Positions 1 to 8,111 of a stretch of DNA of 39,817 nucleotides are shown here, in pieces. Numbering within the stretch: position 1 is the first letter of the stretch; each line of letters starts with the position of its first letter. Source of the stretch: Bdellovibrionota bacterium (GTDB lineage: Bacteria; Bdellovibrionota; UBA1018; UBA923); NCBI GenBank assembly GCA_040754655.1, contig JBFMCE010000029.1, positions 1 to 39,817 of the forward strand, given 5' to 3'. A program made the position numbers and the translations under genes. Under the pieces are notes generated by a model. It ran no database searches. It had not been told where the DNA came from and worked only from the letters and a program-made list of their open reading frames with translations.

Positions 1-1125
1 CGAATCTACAAAGCACCAACTTCAATACCTTCGTTCGTTGAAAACGCGATTACTCCTGGCCAGACTTCGAGCCGCGAAGTGTCTCGTTGGAAAGGGTTTT
101 GGGGGCAGTATTATAAGGCCATCGGCCATCGCAAACCCGTTGCGCTGTATTCAATGTCGACCGCACATGGATCGGACACGTGCGTGAACCTCAGTACGGC
201 GGTTTTGGGTGCTGTTTCTTACTCATCTCCATTGAATCTTGGGATCGAGCAAAGTGTTCGAGGGCTTTCGGTTCCTCTGCAGGGGCAGTACTACTACCGG
301 GGAGGACTGACTGCTTTGAAGAAAAAGCTCGCCGAAATAGTGATTGCAGCCGGAGGGAGCGTCAAGCGGGATACTCACGTGGATGCGTTGATTCATGAGC
401 ACGGGCGGATCACAGGAGTCTTGCTTTCATCGTTTGAAGGCATTATTCGGGCGAAAACCGTCGTATTGAGTAGCCGGCACCGAAGCCTGTATCTCTCATT
501 GCCCTCTGATTTACGCGATCCTACGCTCATCCGCGGACTCAATCGGGTGCAACCGACGCACTGGCGGTTCACGCTTTCGGTGAACGTGCATGAGAACGTA
601 GTGCCTATTGGAGCAACGTCGAGCATGGCCTATGTGGGGAACTACAAGTATCCTCTCGAAGAAGAAAACTATCTTCGCATTCAGATCGTACCCAACATGA
701 TTTATGGTGAACCAAAGACAAGGAAAACAAAAACGTTACTCGTGACGGCTCTGGTCCCTTATAAAGCGTCAACTATGAATTATCCTTATCTGAGGCGCTT
801 GGCGGGCAGAATGTTGCGTTCGCTCTCAGAGCTCGTGCCGTTCTTGGAGAACAATATTACCAGTCTCTACCCAGATTTTCGCCTTGGGGAAGGCGCAATA
901 CGTGAATTCTATCCCTTCAACAATTCGACCTGGGTTCCTGAAAACTTGCTTCAGTACTATGTTCGAGGTCATCGTTCAGTACAGGACTTTTGGGGACCCG
1001 CCTGGGCTACCCGCCATGGGAATCTCTATTTCGCCGGTCGAGCAATATGGCCATCATTGGGAATGTACGGGGAAGCTTTGACGGCGCGAAAAATTTTTGA
1101 TGATGTGATGATCGCAAGGAACTGA
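1..1125 (+). CDS. FAD-dependent oxidoreductase, phytoene-desaturase-like (COG1233 type); 5'-partial, frame open to the window start
   Basis: No stop codon in frame 1 from base 1. The segments YYYRGGLTALKKKLAEIVIAAGGSV...V..L..E.GRITGV and C-terminal NLYFAG...PSLG..G are typical of this family. The N-terminal GxGxxG motif would lie outside the window. Confidence 0.6.
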   Translation, partial: RIYKAPTSIPSFVENAITPGQTSSREVSRWKGFWGQYYKAIGHRKPVALYSMSTAHGSDTCVNLSTAVLGAVSYSSPLNLGIEQSVRGLSVPLQGQYYYRGGLTALKKKLAEIVIAAGGSVKRDTHVDALIHEHGRITGVLLSSFEGIIRAKTVVLSSRHRSLYLSLPSDLRDPTLIRGLNRVQPTHWRFTLSVNVHENVVPIGATSSMAYVGNYKYPLEEENYLRIQIVPNMIYGEPKTRKTKTLLVTALVPYKASTMNYPYLRRLAGRMLRSLSELVPFLENNITSLYPDFRLGEGAIREFYPFNNSTWVPENLLQYYVRGHRSVQDFWGPAWATRHGNLYFAGRAIWPSLGMYGEALTARKIFDDVMIARN

Positions 1126-1127
1126 AA

Positions 1128-2477
1128 ATGATTGAACGATACACCCGACCTGCCATGTCGATACTATGGAGCGACAAGAATCGATTTCAAACTTGGTTGA
1201 ACGTAGAGTTGGCGGTGCTTGAAGTCTTAGGGCAACAACGGATCGTGCCGCGGAATACTGCACGTGATATTCGTGCGAAAGCGAAGATCAACGTCACGCG
1301 TATCGCAGAGCTTGAGCGATCACTGCGGCACGATGTGATCGCATTCACGACAAGCATTTCCGAACAGGTGGGGCCAGTCGGCAGGTATTTTCATTATGGA
1401 CTAACCAGTTCAGATGTCGTCGATACGGCGCTTTCTCTTTTGATGCGGCAAGCTCTTGAGCAAATCGGGGAAGGTCTCGAGAGACTGGACATCTCGCTTG
1501 TGCGACTTTCAAAAAAATACAGATCCACCGCTTCTATAGGGCGTACTCATGGAGTGCATGCGGAGCCCACAAGCTTTGGCCTCAAGTTCTTGGGGTGGGT
1601 ATCTGAGTTTCGCCGCCAAAAGATGCGCCTAGACGATGCCATCGGAACCTTGGGTTATGGAAAACTTTCGGGTGCCGTCGGGTGCTATGGGGTATTGTCT
1701 CCGGAAGTTGAACTGAAAGCATTGAAACGCCTAGAGTTGATGCCGGAAACAGTGGCCACTCAAGTGATTCCTAGAGACCGACACGCGCACGTGTTCTCGA
1801 TACTTGCGGGAATAGGCTCTTCTATCGAGCGTGTTGCCGTAGAGCTCAGGCACCTACAGCGCACTGAAGTTCGAGAAGTCGAAGAAGGGTTTGGAAAGGA
1901 GCAGAAAGGGAGCTCCGCCATGCCTCATAAAAAGAATCCTATTTCTGCAGAAAATCTTACGGGTTGCGCGCGGCTCTTGCGCGCATATGCTTCAGCTGCT
2001 TTAGAAAATGTCGCTTTATGGCATGAACGAGACATCAGCCATTCCTCTGTTGAGCGCGTGATCGCGCCTGATGCCACGATCCTTTTAGATTATATGATTC
2101 ACCGTCTCATAGATTTATTGGGTGGCATCAAGGTTTTAAAGGATAACGTGCAAAAAAACCTCGATCTTTCTCAAGGCGTTTATTTCTCGGGGCACGTTTT
2201 ATTGAAGCTTGTTGAGAAAGGAATTTCTAGAGAAGATGGGTATCGTATTGTTCAAAAAGCTGCACATTCCGCGTGGGACAATAAGCGTTGGTTTGGCGAT
2301 GAATTGTTGAAAGACCAGCTGGTGAAGGAAAAATTTTCTCAAAGGGAACTTTCAAATATTTTGAACGTTAAGAATTACCTCAAGCATGTCGATACTCTGT
2401 ATGGACGTGTTTTGGGGCAAAGCGGTGAAAAAACAGTACGAACCAGTAAAACTCTTAAGAAGTTTTCTAGAAGATGA
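1128..2477 (+). CDS. purB: Adenylosuccinate lyase
   Basis: N-terminus MIERY, motifs HDVIAF, HYGLTSSDVVDT and GRTHGVHAEPTSFG, and the fumarase-family signature GSSAMPHKKNP. Confidence 0.97.
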   Translation: MIERYTRPAMSILWSDKNRFQTWLNVELAVLEVLGQQRIVPRNTARDIRAKAKINVTRIAELERSLRHDVIAFTTSISEQVGPVGRYFHYGLTSSDVVDTALSLLMRQALEQIGEGLERLDISLVRLSKKYRSTASIGRTHGVHAEPTSFGLKFLGWVSEFRRQKMRLDDAIGTLGYGKLSGAVGCYGVLSPEVELKALKRLELMPETVATQVIPRDRHAHVFSILAGIGSSIERVAVELRHLQRTEVREVEEGFGKEQKGSSAMPHKKNPISAENLTGCARLLRAYASAALENVALWHERDISHSSVERVIAPDATILLDYMIHRLIDLLGGIKVLKDNVQKNLDLSQGVYFSGHVLLKLVEKGISREDGYRIVQKAAHSAWDNKRWFGDELLKDQLVKEKFSQRELSNILNVKNYLKHVDTLYGRVLGQSGEKTVRTSKTLKKFSRR

Positions 2478-2664
2478 GTCCGGACAGGCCTCTATCGAGT
2501 ACGTTTCACTGCTCGCTGTAATCGCCGGCCTTTTTCTTGTCGTCGGTCCGCTGATTCGAAATGCAATGCGCAATCTGCTCGAAGGCACCGTAGGGAATTA
2601 TCTTGAAAGACGGTTCTTCCAGTCTGGCGCCATTCATCGATTTCCGATTCGTATCCCCCAATAA
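2425..2664 (+). CDS. flp: Flp/Tad type IVb prepilin-like protein; probable GTG start, overlaps the purB 3' end
   Basis: Leader ...LLRSFLEDESG|QASIEY followed by a hydrophobic helix (VSLLAVIAGLFLVVG), which is the Flp cleavage/EY motif. GGGG lies 7 nt before GTG 2425. Start codon uncertain. Confidence 0.75.
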   Translation: MKKQYEPVKLLRSFLEDESGQASIEYVSLLAVIAGLFLVVGPLIRNAMRNLLEGTVGNYLERRFFQSGAIHRFPIRIPQ

Positions 2665-2778
2665 AGAAAAGAAAGATAGAAAGCAGACGGATTGGATAAA
2701 AGGGGACTTAAGGGGGTATAGGGGGTAGTTAGATTATCCAATCCGTCTGTCCCTATTTGCTTTGCTGTTGCATTGCAG
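2662..2778 (-). ncRNA. Candidate small RNA: long stem with a C-rich loop and U-rich 3' tail
   Basis: Perfect 16-bp inverted repeat 2684-2699/2734-2749, extendable with G.U pairs only on the minus strand. Loop UCUAACUACCCCCUAUACCCCCUUAAGUCCCCUU, 3' tail CUUUCUAUCUUUCUUUUCUUU, and a promoter just upstream. Ends are estimates. Confidence 0.6.
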
Positions 2779-2784
2779 AAAGAC

Positions 2785-2813
2785 GTTATATGCTCATGCG
2801 TGACGCAAAGCAA
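2785..2813 (-). promoter_or_regulatory. Sigma70-like promoter for the candidate sRNA
   Basis: Minus strand TTGCTT-N17-TATAAC, with an AT-rich UP-like tract at 2814-2846. A palindrome TGCGT-G-ACGCA (2797-2807) lies in the spacer. Confidence 0.55.
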
Positions 2814-2890
2814 TAATATTTTTTAAATCCTTTCTATGTTTTTTAAGGATCTCTCGGGATCTGTTAGTATCTGCCCAATCCTCAACACTT

Positions 2891-2943
2891 CTGACTAAAG
2901 TTTGATCAGGAAATTTTTTCAAGCTTGACTGAACTTTGGTCAG
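2891..2943. promoter_or_regulatory. Pair of putative bacterial enhancer-binding-protein sites (UAS)
   Basis: TGAC-N9-ATCA (2892-2908) and TGAC-N9-GTCA (2926-2942). The two are inverted near-copies (CTGACTAAAGTTTGATCAG vs CTGACCAAAGTTCAGTCAA) with centres 34 bp apart, about 170-200 bp upstream of the predicted sigma54 start site. Confidence 0.55.
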
Positions 2944-2949
2944 ATCGCT

Positions 2950-2962
2950 TAAGTATTTGAAA
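2950..2962 (-). promoter_or_regulatory. Putative IHF binding site
   Basis: Minus strand TTTCAAATACTTA has one mismatch to WATCAANNNNTTR and lies between the UAS pair and the sigma54 promoter. Confidence 0.5.
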
Positions 2963-3076
2963 TATAAGTATAAACCATCAAAAAAAAGGACCAGTCCTTC
3001 TAATTCGACTGCGGCTTACTCACCAAGAAGCCTCTCTTTTCAAAGGTTTGATCGGCGAGAGTTATAGTTGACTATA

Positions 3077-3092
3077 TGGCACAGGATTTGCT
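3077..3092 (+). promoter_or_regulatory. Sigma54 (RpoN) -24/-12 promoter
   Basis: TGGCAC-AGGAT-TTGCT is an exact match to TGGCAC-N5-TTGC(A/T), about 80 nt upstream of the OMP start codon. Confidence 0.85.
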
Positions 3093-3174
3093 CAGTGCGA
3101 TAAGGCAACTCAAAGTGTACGTCTGCCTAACGTGATTTATAAGGCGCGTTTTGGCTGGAAGGAGTTTTTAAGAG

Positions 3175-4374
3175 ATGAAGTTTTATTCTCTTGTTCTCGC
3201 GATGGCTGTGACCGGAGGGATCCTTTTCGGTTTGCAAAAGACAGCTCACGGTGAACTCGTATTTGAAGATGATTTGAAAGAAAATAGCAACCAGGCCTCG
3301 CAGCCCTCCCAGGCAGCGGTCAAAAAAGACGCTCAAACTGAGGCGGATGCCGAGCGAGCAGAACTCTCGAAATCAGAGATGATGCGACGCCAGCGCATGC
3401 GTGAGGAACTCAAGAATGAAGACCTCCTTACGCAAAAGCTTGAAGAGCTCAGGTTGAAAGATGAAATGAAGCGTACCGAGCACTTGACCAATGGCATTTC
3501 AGGAGTTGAGAAAACTCAGAAGGAACCTGTTGCTCCTCTTGACGAACAACGTATCGGCTCAGCAGCGCAACCTCAAACCATTCAGGCCAATCCTGCATTG
3601 CAGAACACGTCTGCAGTTGGCATCAACGGCGCTCCGGTCGCGACAAGTTCGGCTGCTGTAGTGGAATCAGAGATCGAAGAAGACGAAGAAGATCCGAGGC
3701 AAGTGAGCATCACCCCTCGCGGAGGGCTTTCGAGCATCACTGGTTCGATGTACGACGTTGAGTCGAAATACTCACTCGGAGCTGGCATCTCGGTTGATGT
3801 CACCGATTACATCGCTTTCACTGGCGGATACACCTACTCAGAGTACCGCTTTGGCGCAGGCAATACTTTGTATTATCCGGTGGGATTCAATAATACCTAT
3901 TTACAGCGTCTCCAGTTCAACGACAACGTCATCGACTTGGGGGCTCGTCTGTATGTTTTGGATTCGCGATCAAGGGTTCGTCCCTTCGTAGGAGCGGGCG
4001 GAGCTTACCGTCGTGGCTATGTGAACTATGATGACAGGACAAAGCAATTCTTGAAAGGCATGAATGCTTATGACGGGCAGGACGTGAATATTTCAGGTTT
4101 CGCAGGTTATCTTGAGACGGGAGTTGAGTTCAAGCTGACCAAGTCGATCGCTCTGTCAGGTGCTTTCCGCTATTTCAATATTTTTAGCTCGACCCAGAGC
4201 CATCCAGTCAACCCAAACGCCTTCTTAGGCCCCAATGGTTATGGCTATGGTTACGCATATAACGCTGCACCAGGCTACTATGGGTACAACAACGACTCAC
4301 GTAGTCGTGCGGGAAATGCGCTTGCTGGGAACAACTTCTTCCAGTTGATGGGCGGAATCACAGTAAGCTTCTAA
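3175..4374 (+). CDS. Outer-membrane beta-barrel protein (OmpW/OmpA-like barrel) with an N-terminal charged coiled-coil region
   Basis: RBS GGAAGGAG, signal peptide, E/K/R-rich helical segment, low-complexity linker, amphipathic strands (RPFVGAGGAY, YLETGVEFKL) and C-terminal GGITVSF beta-signal. Confidence 0.8.
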   Translation: MKFYSLVLAMAVTGGILFGLQKTAHGELVFEDDLKENSNQASQPSQAAVKKDAQTEADAERAELSKSEMMRRQRMREELKNEDLLTQKLEELRLKDEMKRTEHLTNGISGVEKTQKEPVAPLDEQRIGSAAQPQTIQANPALQNTSAVGINGAPVATSSAAVVESEIEEDEEDPRQVSITPRGGLSSITGSMYDVESKYSLGAGISVDVTDYIAFTGGYTYSEYRFGAGNTLYYPVGFNNTYLQRLQFNDNVIDLGARLYVLDSRSRVRPFVGAGGAYRRGYVNYDDRTKQFLKGMNAYDGQDVNISGFAGYLETGVEFKLTKSIALSGAFRYFNIFSSTQSHPVNPNAFLGPNGYGYGYAYNAAPGYYGYNNDSRSRAGNALAGNNFFQLMGGITVSF

Positions 4375-4456
4375 ACTTTAAGGGTTACTGCTTAGTAGTA
4401 GAGCTCTTAGCTCTTTTGGCGGCTTCATGCCGCACTGATGTACACTTCTTCAAAAG

Positions 4457-4500
4457 ACAGGATAGGACAAATTGAACTTTGTCCTATCCTGTTCTATTTT
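4457..4500 (+). terminator. Intrinsic terminator, probably bidirectional
   Basis: Perfect 15-bp stem ACAGGATAGGACAAA/TTTGTCCTATCCTGT (4457-4471/4478-4492), 6-nt loop, followed by TCTATTTT and preceded by AAAAG. Confidence 0.8.
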
Positions 4501-4573
4501 AAAGCGATCCAATGAACTCTGTAGTTTTAGGGAATTGAAGTTCATTATCTTGTGGAACACCAAAGGAGTCATC

Positions 4574-5881
4574 ATGGCTGAGAGTTTAAACAGTGGTCCT
4601 GAAGTATGGGTAGTCGAAGGGTTGCGTTCCCCGTTTGTGAAGGCGGGAGGCCCCATAAAGGACATGAAGGCTGTGCAGCTGGGGGTGCATGTTCTACGAG
4701 ACTTGCTTTATAAACTGAATCTCGATCCAAAAAAAATCGATGAGGTGGTGATCGGAAATACGGGAAATCCGGAGGACGCGGCCAATATTTCAAGAGTGAT
4801 TGCCCTTGAAGCCGGCATCCCCCAAAACGTTCCGGCTTATACGGTTCACCGCAATTGCGCGTCCGCGATGGAATCGATCAGCCAAGGATTCATTAAAATC
4901 AAGGCAGGGCTTGCTGACACCGTGGTGGTTGGTGGCACCGAAAGCATGTCGAACATGCCTCTACTTTATTCAAAACAGATGACTGATCTTTTTTCTCGTC
5001 TCATGACGGCGAAAACCCTTCCGCAAAAGCTCGGCGTGCTCTCGAAGTTCAGGCCACAGCACTTAAAGCCAATCATCGCAATCCAAGAAGGGCTCACTGA
5101 CGCGGTCTGCGGTTTGAACATGGGTCAAACCGCAGAGTTGCTTGCCAAAGAAAATGGAATCACTCGACAGGACCAAGACCGTTTTGCGCTTCGCAGCCAT
5201 GAGAAAGCAGTGAAAGCGGTCGAGTCAGGGAGGTTTAAGAAAGAGATCTCTCCAATACCCGTACCTCCGAGGTACGAGACATTTTTGACGGAAGACGTGG
5301 GGCCTCGTCAAGGTCAAACGCTTGAAGCCTTGGCAAAGTTGAAACCTTATTTTGATCGCAAGAACGGTACCGTCACTGTGGGCAACGCATGTCCGATCAC
5401 GGACGGTTCTTGCTTTTTGATCTTAATGAGGGCGGATAAAGCGAAAGCTGAAGGCTATAAACCCTTGGGCAAGATCCGGTCTTTTGCTTTTGCGGGACTT
5501 GAACCTGAACGCATGGGGCTTGGGCCTGCGTACTCGACCCCAAAAGCGCTCGATGCCGCGGGGCTTTCCATGAAAGATATTGGAATTGTGGAGCTCAATG
5601 AGGCGTTTGCCGCTCAGGTGATCGCAGTGCAGAAGATGTTCGCTTCCCAGAAGTTTGCGCAAGAAAAACTGGGTAGATCGCAAGCCACAGGCGAGATCCG
5701 AGATGAGATCCTCAACGTCAATGGCGGAGCCATTGCTCTAGGGCATCCTGTGGGAGCAACGGGTGCACGGCTGGTGCTTACAGCCCTCAAGGAGATGCAG
5801 GAAAAAAGCATCCAGTTTGGCTTGGCGACGCTGTGTATTGGCGGTGGCCAAGGTGGTTCTGTTGTCGTAGAACGTGTCTAA
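4574..5881 (+). CDS. fadI: Acetyl-CoA C-acyltransferase (3-ketoacyl-CoA thiolase, FadI/FadA type)
   Basis: RBS AAAGGAG before ATG 4574. Catalytic motifs HRNCASAM, NEAF, GHPVGATG and CIGGGQG. Directly upstream of a FadJ-type gene. Confidence 0.9.
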   Translation: MAESLNSGPEVWVVEGLRSPFVKAGGPIKDMKAVQLGVHVLRDLLYKLNLDPKKIDEVVIGNTGNPEDAANISRVIALEAGIPQNVPAYTVHRNCASAMESISQGFIKIKAGLADTVVVGGTESMSNMPLLYSKQMTDLFSRLMTAKTLPQKLGVLSKFRPQHLKPIIAIQEGLTDAVCGLNMGQTAELLAKENGITRQDQDRFALRSHEKAVKAVESGRFKKEISPIPVPPRYETFLTEDVGPRQGQTLEALAKLKPYFDRKNGTVTVGNACPITDGSCFLILMRADKAKAEGYKPLGKIRSFAFAGLEPERMGLGPAYSTPKALDAAGLSMKDIGIVELNEAFAAQVIAVQKMFASQKFAQEKLGRSQATGEIRDEILNVNGGAIALGHPVGATGARLVLTALKEMQEKSIQFGLATLCIGGGQGGSVVVERV

Positions 5882-5899
5882 AAAGTGAAGGAGCTCGAA

Positions 5900-8098
5900 A
5901 TGGAACTGCGATCAGTTGGGCAAGGGAGCAAGAGCATGACGTCGTCTCAGGGGAAGTCTTTTGAACTCGTTGATTATTCTTCAATTGAGGAAGGACTCTT
6001 TGGGTTGCACTTTGATCTTCCGGGCGAGAAAGTGAATAAACTTGGGCCTGCCGTTCTTGGAGAGCTGCGAGACCAACTTGAGAGCTTGCGCAACCGCAGC
6101 GAGATTAAGGCTCTGGTTTTCATTTCAAACAAAGACTCCATCTTCATCGCCGGCGCCGACATTGAAATCATCCGCGGGATCAGGGACGCGCAGGAAGGAG
6201 CAAGGCTTGCTCGTGATGGCCAAGCGGTATTGCAAGTTTTGGAAGAGCTTAAGTTTCCGGTGATCGCGGCGATTCATGGCGCAAGCATGGGAGGAGGCAC
6301 GGAGTTGGCGTTGTGTTGCAGATACATCGTTGTCTCAGACAGTCCGTCGACTCGTATCGCGTTGCCCGAAGTGAATCTCGGTGTCTTGCCGGGATTCGGA
6401 GGCACGGTGCGGCTTCCTCAAAGGATAGGGTTGCAGACTTCGCTCGACTATATCTTAACGGGCAAGACGATGGATGCGGAAAAGGCCGTGAAACTAGGGT
6501 TTGCGGATGCGATGCTTGCCCATCAAGAGTTTAAAAGGAACGCTCTTGAGTTCGGCGCAAAAGTCATTCGCGGGTTGGTTCCTGGTCGAAAGGCCAAGGC
6601 GCCTCTTGCTGTCCAATTGCTGGAGAAGAATCCCTTGGGAAGAAGGGTGCTCTTTTCTCAGGCGAGAAAGATGATTTTGAGCAAGACGCGCGGGCATTAT
6701 CCTGCTCCCCTAAAAATCTTAGATGTGCTTGCAGACAACTATGGCCGTTCGAAGAAAGATGCTCTTGCGAGGGAACAGAAGGCTTTCGGCGAACTGTCTG
6801 TGACCGAAGTTTCGAAACGACTCATCGAGCTCTTTTTTGCTACTGAAAAGGTAAAGAAACAAACGGGTGTGGCGGGTTTCAAACTCGAAGCAAAAGATAA
6901 GGTCGCCGCAATGGGCTTGATGGGAGCCGGAGTGATGGGGGGCGGCATAGCCCAGCTTGCCGCGCAGAAGTCTATTCCGGTACGCATGAAGGATATTGAT
7001 CACAAAGGGTTGGCGGCGGGAATGGCTTCGGCTGCGAGATTATTTGGTGGTCTGGTGAAGAAACGAAAACTTACCAAGCGGCAAGCCGAGCAACGCTTGA
7101 GCATGATTAGCGCAACCACCGATTACAGCGGGTTTGCGAGGGTGGATCTTGTGATCGAAGCCGTCGTCGAAAATATGGACATCAAGAAGAAGGTGCTCAA
7201 AGAAGTTGAGGCGGTGCTGAAGCCTGAAGCCGTGATTGCGACCAATACTTCTTCCCTTTCAGTGACCGAGTGGGCGACTGCAAGCGGTCGCCCTCAGAAC
7301 ATCGTGGGGATGCATTTTTTCAATCCAGTTCATAAGATGCCTTTGATTGAAGTGATCCGCGGAGAAAAGACCGGTGACAGAGCGGTTGCAATGATTTTTG
7401 AACTCTCCAAAAGACTGGGCAAGACGCCGATCGTGGTAAAAGACGGTCCCGGGTTCTTGGTCAACAGGCTCTTGATGCCTTACCTCAATGAGGCGAGTTA
7501 CCTCATGGCGGAAGGAGCCCCGATTCCCGAGCTTGATGAGGCGGTGCTGAATTTTGGAATGCCCATGGGACCAGCGACCCTTCTTGATGAGATTGGAATT
7601 GATGTCGCAGCGAAAGTCTCAAAAATCTTGCATCATGCATTTGGGGCCAGGGCTACGCCGTGCCCATTGAATGACAGGCTTGTGGAAGCAAAACTTTTAG
7701 GGAAGAAAGCTCAAAAAGGGTTTTATCTTTACGATTCACAAGGCAAGAGAGGCGAGTTGAACTCGGATATTTATCGTGTGCTCGGGGTCACCCCTTCTTC
7801 ACCAACGCGCGAAGCAAAGGCCAATTGGATCCCACGCATGATTTACCCGATGATCAACGAGTCTGCGCTTTGCCTGGCTGAAGGAATCGTAGGTGAGCCG
7901 CAGGACGTCGATCTTGGGATGATCATGGGCACCGGGTTTCCTCCGTTTCGAGGCGGATTATTGCGTTACGCCGACTCCGTGGGGGTTCCCAATATCGTCA
8001 GGAAACTAGAAGAGCTTTCGAAGATTGCAGGACCAAGGTTCGCTCCTTCCGAACCCCTTGTCGAGCGAGCAAAAAAAGGACAGAACTTCTATTCGTAA
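5900..8098 (+). CDS. fadJ: Multifunctional fatty-acid oxidation alpha subunit (enoyl-CoA hydratase / 3-hydroxyacyl-CoA dehydrogenase)
   Basis: Hydratase motifs FIAGADI, GGGTELAL and LPEVNLGVLPGFGGT. Dehydrogenase motifs GAGVMGGG, TNTSSL and VGMHFFNPV. Start is 5900 (RBS AAGGAG) or 5936. Confidence 0.92.
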   Translation: MELRSVGQGSKSMTSSQGKSFELVDYSSIEEGLFGLHFDLPGEKVNKLGPAVLGELRDQLESLRNRSEIKALVFISNKDSIFIAGADIEIIRGIRDAQEGARLARDGQAVLQVLEELKFPVIAAIHGASMGGGTELALCCRYIVVSDSPSTRIALPEVNLGVLPGFGGTVRLPQRIGLQTSLDYILTGKTMDAEKAVKLGFADAMLAHQEFKRNALEFGAKVIRGLVPGRKAKAPLAVQLLEKNPLGRRVLFSQARKMILSKTRGHYPAPLKILDVLADNYGRSKKDALAREQKAFGELSVTEVSKRLIELFFATEKVKKQTGVAGFKLEAKDKVAAMGLMGAGVMGGGIAQLAAQKSIPVRMKDIDHKGLAAGMASAARLFGGLVKKRKLTKRQAEQRLSMISATTDYSGFARVDLVIEAVVENMDIKKKVLKEVEAVLKPEAVIATNTSSLSVTEWATASGRPQNIVGMHFFNPVHKMPLIEVIRGEKTGDRAVAMIFELSKRLGKTPIVVKDGPGFLVNRLLMPYLNEASYLMAEGAPIPELDEAVLNFGMPMGPATLLDEIGIDVAAKVSKILHHAFGARATPCPLNDRLVEAKLLGKKAQKGFYLYDSQGKRGELNSDIYRVLGVTPSSPTREAKANWIPRMIYPMINESALCLAEGIVGEPQDVDLGMIMGTGFPPFRGGLLRYADSVGVPNIVRKLEELSKIAGPRFAPSEPLVERAKKGQNFYS

Positions 8099-8111
8099 GT
8101 CGTCACAGCTC

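Noticed and set aside
2702..2725. Possible G-quadruplex on the plus strand
   Set aside because: Only three long G-tracts are present, and the promoter, G.U pairs and U-tail all favour the C-rich minus strand. Not fully excluded.
2802..2811. GACGCAAAGC, the core motif of c-di-GMP-I (GEMM) riboswitches
   Set aside because: There is no upstream GGCAAA/GNRA stem and no downstream P3 stem. It is better explained as the minus-strand promoter -35 and spacer.
4472..4573. N-terminal extension of the thiolase ORF; similar upstream extensions at 8025, 13141, 15380 and 30312
   Set aside because: These longest-ORF starts fall in terminators, promoters or neighbouring genes. Downstream starts fit the RBS positions or family N-termini better.
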